Shown piece after piece: positions 59,877 to 64,000 of a DNA stretch of 64,000 bases; the first letter of the stretch is position 1, and the number at the start of each line of letters is the position of its first letter. Origin of the DNA: an uncultured Pseudobdellovibrionaceae bacterium (lineage in GTDB: Bacteria; Bdellovibrionota; Bdellovibrionia; Bdellovibrionales; UBA1609); assembly GCA_963803705.1 (NCBI GenBank), contig CAWDNU010000001.1:448001-512000 (forward strand). The letters run 5' to 3'. Both the position numbers and the translations under genes were made by a program. The notes below the pieces were generated by a model. That model was not told the DNA's origin and did not search any database. It worked only from the letters and a program-made list of their open reading frames with translations.

Positions 59877-61880
59877 ATGGTGCACGGGGGATTTCTTACA
59901 GACATAGCGGTGGTTCTTGGAGTCGCTGCTATAACCTCGTACTTCGCCAAAAAATTTAAGCTTCCGTCCATTTTGGGGTACCTATTCGCGGGTTTCGTAA
60001 TTGGGCCATACATTCCTATTCCACTTTTTGCAGATTTAGAACGAGTCGAAACTCTATCGGAGTTCGGAGTTATTTTGGTAATGTTTGCTGTAGGTCTGGA
60101 ATTTAGGCTAAAGCGGCTTTTTCAAGTTTTACCAAACGCAGGATTTACAGCTTTCATAGAGATGAGCACCATGTTTCTTATAGGAACCTTGGTGGCAGAT
60201 TTATTTGGTTGGACTACAACCCAAGGAATCTTCTTGGGTTCCGCTATTTGTATCTCTAGCACGATGCTTGTCAGTAAGGTTTTTGAAGAGCAGCCGCCGC
60301 TTATAGAGGTGCGCAGGCAAATCTTTGGAATACTTATTATCCAAGATATCGCTGCTATTTTAATATTAGCCCTACTTGGAACTGTAGCAGCGGGCTACGG
60401 AACTGTTAGCCCAAAGCCAATAGATGTCTTAACTCAGCTTGTGGGGTTTTTAATTGCGATAGGTGTGGTTGGCTTATTTTTTATTCCCAAGTTTGTAAGA
60501 AAGGTTTCAAAACTAAAGAGCCAAGAAGCTATGATTGTAGTTTCCATGGGAATTTGTTTTGCGATGGCCCTTTTGGTAGAGCAGCTCGGTTACTCTGTTG
60601 CCCTGGGCTCTTTTTTAGCTGGTATGTTGGTATCTGAAAGTGGGCTTGGAAATAAGATTGAACATATAATTAGCCCAATCAAAGATATGTTTGCCGCGAT
60701 ATTCTTTGTATCTATCGGTATGCAGGTAAATCCAGGGGTGGCCGTTCAGTTTGTTGGTCCTATTCTATTAATTTCTTTTCTGGTTATTGTCTTTCAATTT
60801 ATTACAGTTAGTTTTTCGGGAGTTCTATCTGGTATGGGCTTATCAAACTCCATTAAATCTGGCTTGGGTTTAGGTCAGATTGGGGAATTTGGATTTATTA
60901 TTGCAGCTATCGGTGCGAAAGCAGGCTTAGTGCAGGATTACTTTCAAACTATTGTAGTTTCAGTTGCTATAGTCACGGCATTTACAACACCGATTATTTG
61001 GAAATCCAGACAGAGCGTCCTGAAAACCGTCGACAGGCTTCTGCCAAAGCAAATAGATGTACTGATTAATCTTTATGAAGCCTGGTTTAGTAAGCTAAAA
61101 AAGCAAGCCTTCAACGAGGTAAACTTGCCTCGAAGAATTTTATTCGCAGTCTTCATCGATGTAATTTTACTGGTAGCTTTCCCACCTCTTTTATTAGCAG
61201 TTTTACCCAAGATAAAAAAAGCATTACTGAATTTAGAGCTGTCATATGGGGCTGTACAGGTCGTTATTGCATCGACATTTGTTGCTATTTTTATTCCAAT
61301 TGTTTTTAGCTTGATTTCTAACATAGGAAAATTGTTATCTGGCTTTGTAGACCAAATTTTCAAGTGGGATGACACAACTAATTCTACAACTTCATTTAAA
61401 GCTTCTAAGCTTTTCAAGATGGCAGTGCAAATACTTGTACTTTATGTAATTTGGATCCCACTGATGATCAGTGTCCGCACTTTTGTAAGTAATAATTTGA
61501 TATATTACATCATTTTAACGCTGGGTCTGCTTCTAACATTTGTCCTAATCTACAGATCAGAGTCTGAAAGTAGTAATATCCTAAGTGGCGGAGAAAGAAT
61601 ATTAGGTGCTTTGTCTAGGCAGTCCTTTCCCGATAGCGACGAGCTTGAAACTTTGGGTCTAGATCTGATTAGTGTTAGAATCACAAATACTGATGTGATC
61701 GATAAAACTCTTTTAGATATTAATCTAAGAGCTAAAACTGGTTGCAGTGTTGTTTCAATCAAAAGGGGAAACAATAGAACTTTATTTCCTAGGCCAACTG
61801 ACACATTGCAGTTAAATGATCTTATACAGCTTTCTGGAGACGATAGATCAATTACTGAAGCTAAAAAGTTGCTGATTTGA
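59877..61880 (+). CDS. CPA2 cation:proton antiporter with C-terminal TrkA_C domain
   Basis: FAVGLEF, SSTM, LIIQDI, LGSFLAG, QIGEFGF; LRAKTGCSVVSIKR. Confidence 0.9.
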   Translation: MVHGGFLTDIAVVLGVAAITSYFAKKFKLPSILGYLFAGFVIGPYIPIPLFADLERVETLSEFGVILVMFAVGLEFRLKRLFQVLPNAGFTAFIEMSTMFLIGTLVADLFGWTTTQGIFLGSAICISSTMLVSKVFEEQPPLIEVRRQIFGILIIQDIAAILILALLGTVAAGYGTVSPKPIDVLTQLVGFLIAIGVVGLFFIPKFVRKVSKLKSQEAMIVVSMGICFAMALLVEQLGYSVALGSFLAGMLVSESGLGNKIEHIISPIKDMFAAIFFVSIGMQVNPGVAVQFVGPILLISFLVIVFQFITVSFSGVLSGMGLSNSIKSGLGLGQIGEFGFIIAAIGAKAGLVQDYFQTIVVSVAIVTAFTTPIIWKSRQSVLKTVDRLLPKQIDVLINLYEAWFSKLKKQAFNEVNLPRRILFAVFIDVILLVAFPPLLLAVLPKIKKALLNLELSYGAVQVVIASTFVAIFIPIVFSLISNIGKLLSGFVDQIFKWDDTTNSTTSFKASKLFKMAVQILVLYVIWIPLMISVRTFVSNNLIYYIILTLGLLLTFVLIYRSESESSNILSGGERILGALSRQSFPDSDELETLGLDLISVRITNTDVIDKTLLDINLRAKTGCSVVSIKRGNNRTLFPRPTDTLQLNDLIQLSGDDRSITEAKKLLI

Positions 61881-62110
61881 AAGATCGATTTTTAAATTTG
61901 ATGCATAGAACCATAAAGATAAAAATACTTTATACTTGAAATCAAAATCACCAAGATTTTTGTTACAGTTATGTTAGCGATTTGAACTTACATCAAGAAA
62001 TAGTTAAGATTCTGTTGCTGACTTTATCCTGACATGACTCGAAACAAGATTCGATCATAATTTCCCCAAACAAGAAAAGTGAATTTAAATATTTCTGGGG
62101 GGAAATAACA

Positions 62111-63442
62111 ATGGAAAGAATATTTTTTAAAATATCTGGTTTAGTGACTGCAACACTAATGAGTTTTTCGGCAAGTGCCGTTTGCCCTGATGGAACCCAA
62201 ACAGCCGGCGAGGTCTTTGGTAAGCCCACTTGCATACTGCAAGACCGCTATCCAAATGGATTGAATTTAGACGCTGGACATAACTGGTTACTTTCAGGCG
62301 GCGTGTTTATTGGAACTAATGATCAAGTTAACGATCCTAGCTTAAAAAAAGTCGAACTTAATATACAGCCAGGAACAAAAATTTATGGACGCACAGGTGC
62401 AGACTTTTTGGTTATTGATAGAGGAGCAAAAATAATTGCCAAAGGTACTGCGAACGATCCAATAATCTTTACATCTGCAAAACAGTCTAATAGGTCGCGT
62501 GGTCTTTGGGGTGGTATAATCATAAATGGTAACGCTCCGGTAAATGGTTGTGACACTTTAGTTTGCGAACTTGAGGGGGAAGGTTCTACGGGTTTTTATG
62601 GCGGTAACTTATCTGACGATAGCAGTGGGATTTTAAACTATGTCGTTATCGAATGGGCCGGTTTTGAAATAACACCAGATAACGAACTTAATGGAATTGC
62701 TTTTCAAGGTGTGGGTCAAGGCACTGAGGTCGACTTTATCCAGGTGCATATGAATTCTGATGACGGTATAGAATTTTTTGGCGGCAACGTAAATATCAAA
62801 CACGTTGTTTTAACTGGCATTAAAGATGACTCTTTGGATTGGACTGCTGGGTGGAAAGGAACGGCTCAATTCGTAATTATCAAACAATCTGATGATCAGG
62901 CTAATCATGGAATTGAGGCAGATAATGCAGGGTCACCGATGGACAGAATGCCCAGGTCAGCGCCGACATTAATGAATATGACTTTGATTGGGACAAGTTC
63001 ACAAACAGCCACTGGTGGATCAGGAATTTTATTAAGAAAAGGAACCGGCGCATATATCTATAACTCTTACATTTCAGGTTTTAAAAGCTCGTGTATCGAT
63101 ATAGATGACCTTGAAACCTTTAGAAATGCTACTGATGGAAGTTCTGAAAATAACCGTAAACCAGGAATTGTGTTTCAAAATGTCTACACATCATGCGCAG
63201 TTGGGTTCACACCAGTTGAAAACGATGAGCCATGGGGGATTCAGACTTGGTTCGAAAATCAAGTGGGGAACAGCGATGGTGTTGCTATGGATCTTGATGG
63301 ATTCGCACCATTAAAACCTATAACTTTGCAAACGATGGCTTCGCCTTCTCAGGCTAAGTTAATTTCTACAGATTATATAGGTGCTGTGAAAGACAATAAT
63401 GACAGATGGTTTGAAGGTTGGACAACTTCTGCAGACAACTAA
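62111..63442 (+). CDS. Secreted beta-helix (pectin-lyase-like) protein
   Basis: Signal peptide; GTANDPIIFTS, WGGIIING, SSGILNYV.IE.AG, DDGIEFFGG, WFEGWT. Confidence 0.75.
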   Translation: MERIFFKISGLVTATLMSFSASAVCPDGTQTAGEVFGKPTCILQDRYPNGLNLDAGHNWLLSGGVFIGTNDQVNDPSLKKVELNIQPGTKIYGRTGADFLVIDRGAKIIAKGTANDPIIFTSAKQSNRSRGLWGGIIINGNAPVNGCDTLVCELEGEGSTGFYGGNLSDDSSGILNYVVIEWAGFEITPDNELNGIAFQGVGQGTEVDFIQVHMNSDDGIEFFGGNVNIKHVVLTGIKDDSLDWTAGWKGTAQFVIIKQSDDQANHGIEADNAGSPMDRMPRSAPTLMNMTLIGTSSQTATGGSGILLRKGTGAYIYNSYISGFKSSCIDIDDLETFRNATDGSSENNRKPGIVFQNVYTSCAVGFTPVENDEPWGIQTWFENQVGNSDGVAMDLDGFAPLKPITLQTMASPSQAKLISTDYIGAVKDNNDRWFEGWTTSADN

Positions 63443-63523
63443 AAAAACATATTTAAATTATGACTATACTTACACCTGCATAGAATTATGCAGGTGTATT
63501 TTAAGTTTATCCAGGAGAATAAT

Positions 63524-64000
63524 ATGTTTAGATTTACATTTCAAATTTTATTGGTTTCTACATTTACAATCCCATTCGCTTTTTCTAAAAATTTAAACTC
63601 CACTGAACTAAGTGAAAGTATAATTCTACTTAGAAACGAAGTGAGCGAATTATCAAACGATTTTAAAACTGAAAAAGAGCTTTTGAAAACAAAAATTCAA
63701 ACTTACGCTTTAGAAAAAATGGACCTAGAATCTAAAATAAGGCGTTCTAAGCTGCAACTAAAATCAATTAACGAAAAAATTAAAAATGCAAAATCTATAG
63801 AAAATATTGAAAACCCTGAGTTTAATCAAATTATTTCTAATTTTTTAGACTTTGAATTGGGCAGGTTAGCACAGTCCATGCCTTATAAATTAGAGCAAAG
63901 AAAATCCTATATTAAAGATTTAAGAGCTAAATTTTTAGATCACAACAATTCAGATGAAAAGACTTTACAACTTCTGTGGACCCATATTGAAGATGAGATA
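63524..64000 (+). CDS. Exported coiled-coil protein, DUF3450-like (3' truncated by window)
   Basis: AGGAG RBS; ATG at 63524 and frame open to the window end; signal peptide, coiled coil, SMPYKLEQR. Confidence 0.6.
   Translation, partial: MFRFTFQILLVSTFTIPFAFSKNLNSTELSESIILLRNEVSELSNDFKTEKELLKTKIQTYALEKMDLESKIRRSKLQLKSINEKIKNAKSIENIENPEFNQIISNFLDFELGRLAQSMPYKLEQRKSYIKDLRAKFLDHNNSDEKTLQLLWTHIEDEI

Overview
AT-rich, gene-dense bacterial chromosome segment. Gene content (DivIVA, DUF507 pair, sigma54 response regulator, PEGA Ser/Thr kinase, many secreted hypotheticals) suggests a Bdellovibrionota-like organism; this is an inference. Most genes are housekeeping: valS, rnr, thyA-folA, purD, glmU-glmS, trmFO, mlaEFD, hup, dapF, Sua5, mutM, lexA, ung, an aro cluster, rnpB, mrcB, kamA and coaE. 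I saw no transposase, integrase, CRISPR, tRNA or rRNA. The most notable signal is non-coding. (1) At two unrelated convergent-gene junctions (19136-19329 and 31415-31602), the same structured ~57-61 nt core is flanked by 63-68 bp near-perfect inverted arms. The arms are locus-specific: the right arm is a reverse-complement copy of the left flank and includes the last codons of the upstream gene. This suggests an element that copies its neighbouring DNA in inverted orientation. (2) A second dispersed structured repeat family has three copies, each just downstream of a gene or rnpB. (3) Two unrelated secreted-protein genes share a ~165 bp upstream module (sigma54-like promoter, palindrome, 60 bp block). 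(4) mlaE is frameshifted in an A10 tract. (5) The aro genes follow fungal AROM domain order, with an AroK-AroD-AroE fusion. (6) One histidine-kinase-like protein lacks its ATPase domain.
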